Made by a program: the position numbers and the translations under genes
Shown here: one piece after another, positions 47,822-62,200 of the stretch
Numbering within the stretch: the stretch's first letter is position 1
Layout of the letters: the number at the start of each line of letters is the position of its first letter
DNA from: Macrostomum hystrix
Taxonomy: Eukaryota > Animalia > Platyhelminthes
DNA length: 64,000 nucleotides
NCBI GenBank assembly: GCA_950097015.1
Contig: CATNEN010000018.1
Span: 62,001-126,000 of the forward strand
Direction: 5' to 3'
Notes under the pieces: model-generated
Seen by the model: the letters and a program-made list of their open reading frames with translations, nothing else
Databases searched by the model: none
Told to the model about the DNA's origin: nothing

Positions 47822-50800
47822 AGGCTGAGATGTCAAACTAAAACTTCAGGCCTGTGACAATCGAACATCAGGCCAGTGACTGTCGAACTTCAGGCTCGTG
47901 CTTTGCGAGTGAGTCGTACCTCCTCAGGCCAGTGACTATCGAACATCAGGCAAGTGACTATCGAACTTCAGGCCAGTGACTATCGAACTTCAGGCCAGTG
48001 ACTATCGAACTTCAGGCCAGTGACTATTGAACTGAAGGCCAGTGACTATCAAACTTCAGGCCAGTGACCATCGAACTTCAGGCCAGTGACTATCGAACAT
48101 CAGGCAAGTGACTATCGAACTTCAGGCCAGTGACTATCGAACTTCAGGCCAGTGACTATCGAACTTCAGGCCAGTGACTGTCGAACTTCAGGCCAGTGAC
48201 CATCGAACTTTAGGCAAATGCTTTATGAGTGAGTTCTACCTCCTCAGGCCAGTGACTGTCGTACTTCAGGCTCGTGCTTTGTGAGTGAGTCCGACCTCCT
48301 CAGGCCAGTGACAATCGAACTTCAGGCTAGTGACTATCAAACTTCAGGCCAGTGACCATCGAACTTCAGGCCAGTGACTATTGAACTTCAGGCCAGTGAC
48401 TATCAAACTTCAGGCTCGTGCTTGGTGAGTGAGTTCTACCTCCTCAGGCCAGTGACTGTCGTACTTCAGGCCAGTGACCATCAAACTTCAGGTCAGTTAC
48501 TATCCAACTTCAGGCTCGTGCTTTGTGAGTGAGTCCTACCTCCTCAGGCCAGTGACAATCGAACTTGAGGCTAGTGACTATCGAACTTCAGGCCAGTGAC
48601 TATCGAACTTCAGGCCAGTGACCATCAAACTTCAGGCCAGTGACTATCGAACTTCAGGCCAGTGACCATCAAACTTCAGGCCAGTGACTATTGAACTGAA
48701 GGCCAGTGACTATCAAACTTCAGGCCAGTGACCATCGAACTTCAGGCCAGTGACTATCGAACTTCAGGCCAGTGACTTTCGAACTTCAGGCCAGTGACCA
48801 TCAAACTTCAGGCCAGTGACCATCGAACTTTAGGCACATGCTTTATGAGTGAGTCCGACCTCCTCAGGCCAGTGACAATCGAACTTCAGGCTAGTGACTA
48901 TCAAACTTCAGGCCAGTGACCATCGAACTTCAGGCTAGTGACTATCAAACTTCAGGCCAGTGACTATTGAACTTCAGGCCAGTGACCATCAAACTTCAGG
49001 TCAGTTACTATCCAACTTCAGGCTCGTGCTTTGTGAGTGAGTCCTACCTCCTCAGGCCAGTGACAATCGAACTTGAGGCTAGTGACTATCGAACTTCAGG
49101 CCAGTGACTATCGAACTTCAGGCCAGTGACCATCAAACTTCAGGCCAGTGACTATCGAACTTCAGGCCAGTGACCATCAAACTTCAGGCCAGTGACTATT
49201 GAACTGAAGGCCAGTGACTATCAAACTTCAGGCCAGTGACCATCGAACTTCAGGCCAGTGACTATCGAACTTCAGGCCAGTGACTTTCGAACTTCAGGCC
49301 AGTGACCATCAAACTTCAGGCCAGTGACCATCGAACTTTAGGCACATGCTTTATGAGTGAGTCCGACCTCCTCAGGCCAGTGACAATCGAACTTCAGGCT
49401 AGTGACTATCAAACTTCAGGCCAGTGACCATCGAACTTCAGGCTAGTGACTATCAAACTTCAGGCCAGTGACTATTGAACTTCAGGCCAGTGACCATCAA
49501 ACTTCAGGTCAGTTACTATCCAACTTCAGGCTCGTGCTTTGTGAGTGAGTCCTACCTCCTCAGGCCAGTGACAATCGAACTTGAGGCTAGTGACTATCGA
49601 ACTTCAGGCCAGTGACTATCGAACTTCAGGCCAGTGACCATCAAACTTCAGGCCAGTGACTATCGAACTTCAGGCCAGTGACCATCAAACTTCAGGCCAG
49701 TGACTATTGAACTGAAGACCAGTGACTATCAAACTTCAGGCCAGTGACCATCGAACTTCAGGCCAGTGACTATCGAACTTCAGGCAAGTGACTATCGAAC
49801 TTCAGGCCAGTGACTATCGAACTTCAGGCTCGTGCTTTTGAGTGAGTCGCACCTCCTCAGGCCAGTGACCATCGAACTTCAGGCTCGTGCTTTTGAGTGA
49901 GTCGCACCTCCTCAGGCCAGTGACCTTCGAACTTCAGGCCAGTGACTATCGAACTTCAGGCCAGTGACTATCGAACTTCAGGCCAGTGACTATCGAACTT
50001 CAGGCCAGTGACCATCGAACTTTAGGCACATGCTTTATGAGTGAGTCCGACCTCCTCAGGCCAGTGACAATCGAACTTCAGGCTAGTGACTATCAAACTT
50101 CAGGCCAGTGACCATCGAACTTCAGGCTAGTGACTATTGAACTTTAGGCCAGTGACTATTGAACTTCAGGTCAGTTACAATTGAACTTCAGGCCAGTGAC
50201 CATCAAACTTCAGGTCAGTTACTATCCAACTTCAGGCTCGTGCTTTGTGAGTGAGTCCTACCTCCTCAGGCCAGTGACAATCGAACTTGAGGCTAGTGAC
50301 TATCGAACTTCAGGCCAGTGACTATCGAACTTCAGGCCAGTGACTATCGAACTTCAGGCCAGTGACCATCAAACTTCAGGCCAGTGACTATCGAACTTCA
50401 GGCCAGTGACCATCAAACTTCAGGCCAGTGACTATTGAACTGAAGGCCAGTGACTATCAAACTTCAGGCCAGTGACCATCGAACTTCAGGCCAGTGACTA
50501 TCGAACTTCAGGCAAGTGACTATCGAACTTCAGGCCAGTGACTATCGAACTTCAGCCTCGTGCTTTTGAGTGAGTCGCACCTCCTCAGGCCAGTGACCAT
50601 CGAACTTCAGGCTCGTGCTTTTGAGTGAGTCGCACCTCCTCAGGCCAGTGACCTTCGAACTTCAGGCCAGTGACTATCGAACTTCAGGCCAGTGACTATC
50701 GAACTTCAGGCCAGTGACTATCGAACTTCAGGCCAGTGACTATCAAACTTCAGGCCAGTGACTATCGAACTTCAGGCCAGTGACTATCGAACTTCAGGCA

Positions 50801-53800
50801 AGTGACTATCGAACTTCAGGCCAGTGACTATCGAACGTCAGGCCAGTGACTATCGAACTTCAGGCCAGTGACCATCAAACTTCAGGCCAGTTACCATCCA
50901 ACTTTAGGCTCGTGCTTGGTGAGTGAGTCCTGCATCCTCAAGCCAGTGACCATCGAACTTCAGGCTCGTGCTTTATGAGTGAGTCGCAATTCCTCAGGCC
51001 AGTGACCTTCGAACTTCAGGCCAGTGACCATCGAACTTCAGGCCAGTGACTGTCGTACTTCAGGCTCGTGCTTTGTGAGTGAGTCGCACCTGCTCAGGCC
51101 AGTGACCATCGAACTTCAGGCCAGTGACTGTCGAACTTCAGGCCAGTGACTGTCGAACTTCAGGTCAGTTACTATCCAACTTCAGGCTCGTGCTTTGTGA
51201 GTGAGTCCTACCTCCTCAGGCCAGTGACAATCGAACTTGAGGCTAGTGACTATCGAACTTCAGGCCAGTGACTATCGAACTTCAGGCCAGTGACTATCGA
51301 ACTTCAGGCCAGTGACCATCAAACTTCAGGCCAGTGACTATCGAACTTCAGGCCAGTGACCATCAAACTTCAGGCCAGTGACTATTGAACTGAAGGCCAG
51401 TGACTATCAAACTTCAGGCCAGTGACCATCGAACTTCAGGCCAGTGACTATCGAACTTCAGGCAAGTGACTATCGAACTTCAGGCAAGTGACTATCGAAC
51501 TTCAGGCCAGTGACTATCGAACTTCAGCCTCGTGCTTTTGAGTGAGTCGCACCTCCTCAGGCCAGTGACCATCGAACTTCAGGCTCGTGCTTTTGAGTGA
51601 GTCGCACCTCCTCAGGCCAGTGACCTTCGAACTTCAGGCCAGTGACTATCGAACTTCAGGCCAGTGACTATCGAACTTCAGGCCAGTGACTATCGAACTT
51701 CAGGCCAGTGACTATCAAACTTCAGGCCAGTGACTATCGAACTTCAGGCCAGTGACTATCGAACTTCAGGCAAGTGACTATCGAACTTCAGGCCAGTGAC
51801 TATCGAACTTCAGGCCAGTGACTATCGAACTTCAGGCCAGTGACCATCAAACTTCAGGCCAGTTACCATCCAACTTTAGGCTCGTGCTTGGTGAGTGAGT
51901 CCTGCATCCTCAAGCCAGTGACCATCGAACTTCAGGCTCGTGCTTTATGAGTGAGTCGCAATTCCTCAGGCCAGTGACCTTCGAACTTCAGGCCAGTGAC
52001 CATCGAACTTCAGGCCAGTGACTGTCGTACTTCAGGCTCGTGCTTTGTGAGTGAGTCGCACCTGCTCAGGCCAGTGACCATCGAACTTCAGGCCAGTGAC
52101 TGTCGAACTTCAGGCCAGTGACTGTCGAACTTCAGGCCAGTGACCATCGAACTTCAGGCCAGTGACTGTCGTACTTCAGGCTCGTGCTTTGTGAGTGAGT
52201 CGCACCTGCTCAGGCCAGTGACCATCGAACTTCAGGCCAGTGACTATCGAACTTCAGGCCAGTGACTATCGAACTTCAGGCCAGTGACCATCAAACTTCA
52301 GGTCAGTTACTATCCAACTTTAGGCTCGTGCTTTGTGAGTGAGTCCTACCTCCTCAGGCCAGTGACAATCGAACTTCAGGCTAGTGACTATCAAACTTCA
52401 GGCCAGTGAATATCGAACTTCAGGCTAGTGACTATTAAACTTCAGGCCAGTGACCATCGAACTTTAGGCCAGTGACCATCAAACTTCAGGCCAGTTACCA
52501 TCCAACTTTAGGCACGTGCTTTGTGAGTGAGTCCTACCTCCTCAGGCCAGTGACTGTCGTACTTCAGGCTCGTGCTTTGTGAGTGAGTCCGACCTCCTCA
52601 GGCCAGTGACCTTCGAACTTCAGGCCAGTGACTATCGAACTTCAGGCCAGTGACTGTCGAACTTCAGGCCAGTGACCATCAAACTTCAGGCCAGTTGCCA
52701 TCCAACTTTAGGCTCGTGCTTGGTGAGTGAATCCGACCTCCTCATGCCAGTGACCATCGAACTTCAGGCTCGTGCTTTTGAGTGAGTCGCACCTCCTCAG
52801 GCCAGTGACCTTCGAACTTCAGGCCAGTGACTATCGAACTTCAGGCCAGTGACTATCGAACTTCAGGCAAGTGACTATCGAAGTTCAGGCCAGTGACTAT
52901 CGAACTTCAGGCCAGTGACTATCGAACTTCAGGCCAGTGACTATTGAACTGAAGGCCAGTGACTATCAAACTTCAGGCCAGTGACCATCGAACTTCAGGC
53001 TCGTGCTTTTGAGTGAGTCGCACCTCCTCAGGCCAGTGACTATCGAACTTCAGGCCAGTGACTATCGAACTTCAGGCCAGTGACTATCGAACTTCAGGCC
53101 AGTGACTGTCGAACTTCAGGCCAGTGACCATCGAACTTTAGGCACATGCTTTATGAGTGAGTTCTACCTCCTCAGGCCAGTGACTGTCGTACTTCAGGCT
53201 CGTGCTTTGTGAGTGAGTCCGACCTCCTCAGGCCAGTGACAATCGAACTTGAGGCTAGTGACTATCGAACTTCAGGCCAGTGACTATCGAACTTCAGGCC
53301 AGTGACTATCGAACTTCAGGCCAGTGGCCATCAAACTTCAGGTCAGTTACTATCCAACTTCAGGCTCGTGCTTTGTGAGTGAGTCCTACCTCCTCAGGCC
53401 AGTGACAATCGAACTTGAGGCTAGTGACTATCGAACTTCAGGCCAGTGACTATCGAACTTCAGGCCAGTGACCATCGAACTTCAGGCCAGTGACCATCAA
53501 ACTTCAGGCCAGTGACTATCGAACTTCAGGCCAGTGACCATCAAACTTCAGGCCAGTGACTATTGAACTGAAGACCAGTGACTATCAAACTTCAGGCCAG
53601 TGACCATCGAACTTCAGGCCAGTGACTATCGAACTTCAGGCAAGTGACTATCGAACTTCAGGCCAGTGACTATCGAACTTCAGGCTCGTGCTTTTGAGTG
53701 AGTCGCACCTCCTCAGGCCAGTGACCATCGAACTTCAGGCTCGTGCTTTTGAGTGAGTCGCACCTCCTCAGGCCAGTGACCTTCGAACTTCAGGCCAGTG

Positions 53801-55355
53801 ACTATCGAACTTCAGGCCAGTGACTATCGAACTTCAGGCCAGTGACTATCGAACTTCAGGCCAGTGACCATCGAACTTTAGGCACATGCTTTATGAGTGA
53901 GTCCGACCTCCTCAGGCCAGTGACAATCGAACTTCAGGCTAGTGACTATCAAACTTCAGGCCAGTGACCATCGAACTTCAGGCTAGTGACTATTGAACTT
54001 CAGGCCAGTGACTATTGAACTTCAGGTCAGTTACTATTGAACTTCAGGCCAGTGACCATCAAACTTCAGGTCAGTTACTATCCAACTTCAGGCTCGTGCT
54101 TTGTGAGTGAGTCCTACCTCCTCAGGCCAGTGACAATCGAACTTGAGGCTAGTGACTATCGAACTTCAGGCCAGTGACTATCGAACTTCAGGCCAGTGAC
54201 TATCGAACTTCAGGCCAGTGACCATCAAACTTCAGGCCAGTGACTATCGAACTTCAGGCCAGTGACCGTCAAACTTCAGGCCAGTGACTATTGAACTGAA
54301 GGCCAGTGACTATCAAACTTCAGGCCAGTGACCATCGAACCTCAGGCCAGTCACTATCGAACTTCAGGCAAGTGACCATCGAACTTCAGGCCAGTGACTA
54401 TCGAACTTCAGCCTCGTGCTTTTGAGTGAGTCGCACCTCCTCAGGCCAGTGACTATCGAACTTCAGGCCAGTGACTATCGAACTTCAGCCTCGTGCTTTT
54501 GAGTGAGTCGCACCTCCTCAGGCCAGTGACCTTCGAACTTCAGGCCAGTGACTATCGAACTTCAGGCCAGTGACTATCGAACTTCAGGCCAGTGACTATC
54601 GAACTTCAGGCCAGTGACTATCAAACTTCAGGCCAGTGACTATCGAACTTCAGGCCAGTGACTATCGAACTTCAGGCAAGTGACTATCGAACTTCAGGCC
54701 AGTGACTATCGAACTTCAGGCCAGTGACTATCGAACTTCAGGCCAGTGACCATCAAACTTCAGGCCAGTTACCATCCAACTTTAGGCTCGTGCTTGGTGA
54801 GTGAGTCCTGCATCCTCAGGCCAGTGACCATCGAACTTCAGGCTCGTGCTTTATGAGTGAGTCGCAATTCCTCAGGCCAGTGACCTTCGAACTTCAGGCC
54901 AGTGACCATCGAACTTCAGGCCAGTGACTGTCGTACTTCAGGCTCGTGCTTTGTGAGTGAGTCGCACCTGCTCAGGCCAGTGACCATCGAACTTCAGGCC
55001 AGTGACTGTCGAACTTCAGGCCAGTGACTGTCGAACTTCAGGCCAGTGACCATCGAACTTCAGGCCAGTGACCATCGAACTTCAGGCTCGTGCTTTTGAG
55101 TGAGTCGCACCTCCTCAGGCCAGTGACCATCGAACTTCAGGCCAGTGACTATCGAACTTCAGGCCAATGACTATCGAACTTCAGGCTCGTGCTTTTTGAG
55201 TGAGTCCTACCTCCTCAGGCCAGTGACTGTCGTACTTCAGGCCAGTGACCATCGAACTTCAGGCCAGTGACCATCGAACTTCAGGCCAGACCCTATTGAA
55301 CTGAAGGCCAGTGACTATCAAACTTCAGGCCAGTGACCATCGAACTTCAGGCAAA
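47822..55355 (+). repeat. 22-bp satellite with ~34-bp insert and higher-order repeats, 7.5 kb
   Basis: Same family as 28962-30968; marker GGTCAGTTACTATCC recurs at 48491, 48999, 49507 (508-bp period). Confidence 0.96.
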
Positions 55356-55667
55356 GCCAGTGCTAAGTGAATTTGTTTTTGCTGTTAATCACAATGCCAA
55401 GAGCAAACCATGCGATCCCATTCAGGAGGCTCTCCTTATCAGATCCTATACCTGGGTGCCGAGTCTCATCTCGAATACAAAAATATTTTCCTAAATCGTT
55501 CCCATAATCCTAAATATTAGAATACAAATATTTCCTATAATCCAGACCTCAAACCCAGACATCTTGGATCACCCTTTCTCTGGCTTCGTTTCCATAGAAA
55601 CAAGCACTTCAGCCCCACAAATGTCATTATAAACAATCGTCATGTATAAGAATAGATGAATGTTTGA

Positions 55668-55810
55668 GTTAGACTGTGTCTGTGTTAGACTGTGTCTGTG
55701 TTAGACTGTGTCTGTGTTAGACTGTGTCTGTGTCAGACTGTGTTTGTGTTAGACTGTGTCTGTGTTAGACTGTGTCTGTGTTAGACTGTGTCTGTGTCAG
55801 ACTGTGTCTG
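55668..55810. repeat. 16-bp repeat (GTTAGACTGTGTCTGT)n, ~9 copies
   Basis: Directly visible. Confidence 0.93.
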
Positions 55811-56215
55811 AGTTCCCCAGCCCAGATCCCTAACCCTGTTCCCAAACACTGATTCCCAACCCTAATCACCAACCCTGATCTCTAAAAAAATCCCGGCCAC
55901 CAAAGGCTGCAATTCTGATACCGAAAAGATGATAAAGTTCCCTACCCAAATCCGGATTATCGAAGCGTCATCCCAAAACCTGATCCTGGCCCTCGATCCC
56001 AAATCCCCATGCAGCCTTTGAATATGTGATCAATCAAGTAGCCTATCAAACCTGATCCATCATTTTTGAGTCAGTCCAAGTCAGCTTTAATTTACTCACG
56101 CATAGTTGCCATAGCAACAAGCACTCCAGCCCCCCAGAGTCCATTGGAGAAGCCGGGGAATCTTCAGTGAGTTGAGCACTCATATCAGGCAGAGGCTTTG
56201 AGCAAATCAGGCGGC

Positions 56216-59200
56216 TAATGGGAGATGGAGACAGAGAGAATGGCAGATGGAGACAGAGAGAATGGCAGATGGAGACAGAGAGAATGGCAGATGGAGACAG
56301 AGAGAATGGCAGATGGAGACAGAGAGAATGGCAGATGGAGACAGAGAATGGCCGATGGAGACAGAGAGAATGGCAGATGGAGACAGAGAATGGCAGATGG
56401 AGACAGAGAGAATGGCAGATGGAGACAGAGAATGGCCGATGGAGACAGAGAGAATGGCAGATGGAGACAGAGAATGGCCGATGGAGACAGAGAATGGTAG
56501 ATGGAGACAGAGAATGGGAGATGCAGACAGAGAATGGCAGATGGAGACAGAATGGCAGATGGAGACAGAGAATGGGAGGGCACAGCAGCAGCTGAGCACA
56601 ATGCCAGTTAATTAGGGAGCGGTTGCGGCAAAAGCCAGTTCAAACTGCAGGGCCAAGCTGAGCTGCCGTACTCACATCCCTCCCTCCCTCCGCCCTCCGC
56701 TCTGAGCAGGACTCGCGATTTCTGTACAATCCGCAGCCTCTCCTGGTGGGCCCTCCGAGCACCGAGGCGAAGGCAAAGGCATCTCGGGCCCGCCTTCTCC
56801 GACACAATGGGCCTGTGGGACTCACCCACCTCCCTCCGCTCCGATGAGGCTGAACCGCAGTCTCTCCGCTTCTGTCCTCTCCTCTCCTCTTTATTCCCTG
56901 CTGTGAGTGCTCGACTTTAAGGGCTGGAGGGGGTCACCGCCCGATGTGAAGCAGGCCAGATTCTGCTCAGCATCGAGTTGAGCACGGTACTGTCTGAACA
57001 CAATTATCCAGAGAGGCTGTAACTAAGGGGCAGCCACCCCACTCCCAGACAGAGGCATTGTGCTGAGGGGTTTATCTGAGCACAGTGAGCCTTCACAGCT
57101 TCTCAAACTGCGGCCTTAGCAGCAGACAGGCAGGCTGAGATGGGTTGAGAAGAATGGATGGGCCGCTGCTGAGTTCATGATTTTATGAGTTTGAGAACAG
57201 TCGGAGACTGCCTGCCTGCCTGTGCCAAAGCTTGTTAAGTGCTGTAGAATGCTGTGTGTGCTGATGATGAGGGAAACAATCTTCAATAAATTTTACAACC
57301 CTGAATCCACAGCCCTGAATCCACAACCCTGAATCCACAACCCCGAATCCACAACCCTGAATCCACAGCCCTGAATCCACAACCCTGAATCCACAGCCCT
57401 GACTCCACAACCCCGAATCCACAACCCAGAATCCACAGCCCTGACTCCACAACCCTGAATCCACAACCCTGAATCCACAACCCTTAATCCACAACCCTGA
57501 ATCCACAGCCCTGAATCCACAACCCTGAATCCACAACCCTTAATCCACAACCCTGAATCCACAACCCTTAATCCACAACCCTGAATCCACAGCCCTGAAT
57601 CCACAACCCTGAATCCACAACCCTTAATCCACAACCCTGAATCCACAGCCCTGAATCCACAACCCTGAATCCACAACCCTTAATCCACAACCCTGAATCC
57701 ACAACCCGGAATCCACAACCCTTAATACAGAACCTAAATAAACATTCAAACCCTAGAAATTAAAATCTTTTATTTTAATCCCTTATCCCAGATCCCGAAT
57801 CCTGAAGTCTGAATACTCAACAGCTTTCTTATTCCTTACCAAATATGCTCAAATGCTCAACCATTCAACTGAAGCCTGTTCCTGAATCAAAAAAGATCCC
57901 AAACCTCGTGACCCATCTCGAATGGGATTTGTTTAACAGGTTTATTCGCAGATTTATCAGAAAATGGCTTTCAGCAGCTGTTATCACCTGACCAAATAGC
58001 ACTGGCTTATTTGCAATGTATTTTATGTCTATGGCTAAACCTATCTAAGCAGTGTGATTTTCTCTTCACTGTCCGTCCATGCTTCAGCTCATGCGGCTGC
58101 TTAAATGTTAATTAAACTGGCTGCTAACATTTGAGCAGTGTTGCTTTTTTTATTTCAAGCAGTCTTTTCAGAAGTTGCTGATCTTTACAAGGCCAATGAT
58201 TTTAGTTTTGTTTTGTCATTGGCACAGCAGCTGCTATTGTTCAGTGAGCACCACTACACTTGTCTCAAAGGGCAATTCTGAGCACACTGTGAGCAGTCTC
58301 AGCTGCAGCCACCCCAGCCTCCTCAGATGCGGTTCAGGAGAGCCTTTGAAAAAGCATTCTCAAGCAGACAATGAGTTGAGCACAGCTTAAATATATTCAG
58401 TTGTTAATGTATCAAGTTGTTAATAAAATATATAATTATATCAATTTGAATACTGTTGTTATCTAATTTAAATGCCATATTCACCATGAGGCTCAAGTAT
58501 GCTCAAGTATGCTCAAGTATGCTCAAGTATGCTCACTTCTTAACAATGTTACAGTAAGAATTTGCTTTGTATTTTTTATTTGAATTCAAACGATTAACTT
58601 TGATATGGTGAATTTATCTTGCATGCTTTCATTCTACGCTTGTAATATGTAAGTCTGCTGTTTCTGTGTGAGTATTCTCATCCAGCAGGGTGGGCTGCAG
58701 TTTTGTTGTTGTGCATAAGTGGCAGGTTGGCATGCAAGACAAGCTCATAGACTGCAGGTTTGGGTGAGCATTGCTTGCGTTAGATCGCTTTGGACAGACT
58801 GGAGTCTATTCTCAATCCAGCCTCTTCCTTCCCCTACTCTCGTCTCCGCGCAGTCCATTCCAGTCCCCGTGTTGGTCTCGGTTGCCAAGGGCCGCATATC
58901 GACCTCCTCCCTCCAGCAGGTTTGAGCAGTTTTGCACTCGGCCTGGAGCTCTCAGCGTGGCCCGCCTGACTGGCGCCATTTGGCTGCGTTTTTACCTGCG
59001 GGAGGGTCTCATTGCTGTGCTGGGTTGGCGCCCAGATACTGAGTGTGCTCAAGTTAATTACAGCCTCAATTTCTGCTCACAGCTGGTTAATTTTTCTGTC
59101 TCTCTTCAGCTACTGTTTTGAGCTCCTTTTTGAGGCCTGACTCAACATTCTCTCTGCTGTGCTGATGCTTTAGGATTGCAAAATTGAATTCTGGGATGTG

Positions 59201-62200
59201 AGGGGAGAAACAGACAGAGGTGAGGGGAGAAACAGACAGAGGTGAGGGGAGAAACAGACAGAGGTGAGGGCAGAAACAGACAGAGATGAGGGGAGAAACA
59301 GACAGAGGTGAGGGGAGAAACAGACAGAGGTGAGGGGAGAAACAGACAGAGGTGAGGGGAGAAACAGACAGAGGTGAGGGGGAGAAACAGACAGAGGTGA
59401 GGGGGAGAAACAGACAGAGATAAGGGGAGAAACAGACAGAGGTGAGGGGAGAAACAGACAGAGGTGAGGGGAGAAACAGACAGAGGTGAGGGGAGAAACA
59501 GACAGATGTGAGGGGAGAAACAGACAGAGATGAGGGGAGAAACAGACAGAGGTGAGGGGGAGAAACAGACAGACGTGAGGGGGGAGAAACAGACAGAGGT
59601 GAGGGGGAGAAACAGACAGAGGTGAGGGGAGAAACAGACAGAGGTGAGGGGAGAAACAGACAGAGATGAGGGGAGAAACAGACAGAGATAAGGGGAGAAA
59701 CAGACAGAGGTGATGGGAGAAACAGACAGAGATGAGGGGAGAAACAGACAGAGATGAGGGGAGAAACAGACAGAGGTGAGGAGGAGAAACAGACAGAGGT
59801 GAGGGGGAGAAACAGACAGACGTGATGGGGAGAAACAGACAGAGGTGAGGGGGAGAAACAGACAGACGTGAGGGGGGAGAAACAGACAGAGGTGAGGGGG
59901 AGAAACAGACAGAGGTGAGGGGGAGAAACAGACAGACGTGAGGGGGGAGAAACAGACAGAGGTGAGGGGGAGAAACAGACAGAGGCGAGGGGGAGAAACA
60001 GACAGACGTGAGGGGGGAGAAACAGACAGAGGTGAGGGGGAGAAACAGACAGAGGTGAGGGGGAGAAACAGACAGAGGTGAGGGGGAGAAACAGAGAGAG
60101 GTGAGGGGAGAAACAGACAGAGGTGAGGGAAGAAACAGACAGACGTGATGGGGAGAAACAGACAGAGGTGAGGGGGAGAAACAGACAGACGTGAGGGGGG
60201 AGAAACAGACAGAGGTGAGGGGGAGAAACAGACAGAGGTGAGGGGGAGAAACAGACAGACGTGAGGGGGGAGAAACAGACAGAGGTGAGGGGGAGAAACA
60301 GACAGAGGTGAGGGGGAGAAACAGACAGACGTGAGGGGGGAGAAACAGACAGAGGTGAGGGGGAGAAACAGACAGAGGTGAGGGGGAGAAACAGACAGAG
60401 GTGAGGGGGAGAAACAGAGAGAGGTGAGGGGAGAAACAGACAGGTGAGGGAAGAAACAGACAGAGGTGAGGGGGAGAAACAGACAGAGGTGAGGGGAGAA
60501 ACAGACAGAGGTGAGGGGAGAAACAGACAGAGGTGAGGGGGAGAAACAGACAGAGGTGAGGGGAGAAACAGACAGAGGTGAGGGGAGAAACAGACAGAGA
60601 TGAGGGGAGAAACAGACAGAGATAAGGGGAGAAACAGACAGAGGTGATGGGAGAAACAGACAGAGATGAGGGGAGAAACAGACAGAGAAGAGGGGAGAAA
60701 CAGACAGAGGTGAGGAGGAGAAACAGACAGAGGTGAGGGGGAGAAACAGACAGACGTGATGGGGAGAAACAGACAGAGGTGAGGGGGAGAAACAGACAGA
60801 CGTGAGGGGGGAGAAACAGACAGAGGTGAGGGGGAGAAACAGACAGAGGTGAGGGGAGAAACAGACAGAGGTGAGGGGGAGAAACAGACAGAGGTGAGGG
60901 GAGAAACAGACAGAGGTGAGGGGAGAAACAGACAGAGGTGAGGGGGGAGAAACAGACAGAGGTGAGGGGGGAGAAACAGACAGAGGACAGACAGATATGA
61001 GGGGGAGAAACAGACAAAGGTGAGGGGGGAGAAACAGACAGAGGACAGACAGATATGAGGGGGAGAAACAGACAGAGGTGAGGGGAGAAACAGACAGAGG
61101 TGAGGGGGAGAAACAGACAGACGTGAGGGGGGAGAAACAGACAGAGGTGAGGGGGAGAAACAGACAGATATGAGGGGGAGAAACAGACGGAGGTGAGGGG
61201 AGAAACAGACAGAGGTGAGGGGGAGAAACAGACAGACGTGATGGGGAGAAACAGACAGAGGTGAGGGGGAGAAACAGACAGACGTGAGGGGGGAGAAACA
61301 GACAGAGGTGAGGGGGAGAAACAGACAGAGGTGAGGGGAGAAACAGACAGAGGTGAGGGGGAGAAACAGACAGAGGTGAGGGGAGAAACAGACAGAGGTG
61401 AGGGGAGAAACAGACAGAGGTGAGGGGGGAGAAACAGACAGAGGTGAGGGGGGAGAAACAGACAGAGGACAGACAGATATGAGGGGGAGAAACAGACAAA
61501 GGTGAGGGGGGAGAAACAGACAGAGGACAGACAGATATGAGGGGGAGAAACAGACAGAGGTGAGGGGAGAAACAGACAGAGGTGAGGGGGAGAAACAGAC
61601 AGACGTGAGGGGGGAGAAACAGACAGAGGTGAGGGGGAGAAACAGACAGATATGAGGGGGAGAAACAGACGGAGGTGAGGGGAGAAACAGACAGAGGTGA
61701 GGGGGAGAAACAGACAGATATGAGGGGGAGAAACAGACAGAGGTGAGGGGAGAAATAGACAGAGGTGAGGGGGAGAAACAGACAGACGTGAGGACAGAAG
61801 CAGACAGAAAGCAGTGAGCAAAAAGGCGGGGAAAAGGTGAGAAAAAGCCATTAGTTTTGTTTGAGCACTCGATATTTTTTGGACTTGCAGCCTCAGAAAT
61901 AATGGGGGGCAGGTCACCACCAAAAAGCAGACTGGATTCTGCTCACATCGAGTTGAGCATGGCCCTGTCTGAGCACAATTAATCAGAGAGGCTGTAACTA
62001 ATGGGTCAGCCACCCCACTCCCATCCAGAGGCATTGTGCTGAGGGTTTTCCGAGCACAATGAGCAGTCACAGCTTCTGAAACTGCGGCCTGGGCAAGAGA
62101 CACTAACTGAGTTGGTCTGAGAATAAGTTATGTATTTTATGAGTTTGAGAACATTCAAAGCTATTGTTTAGAGAGCCGCCGCTTCCTACCAGAGACCCTG

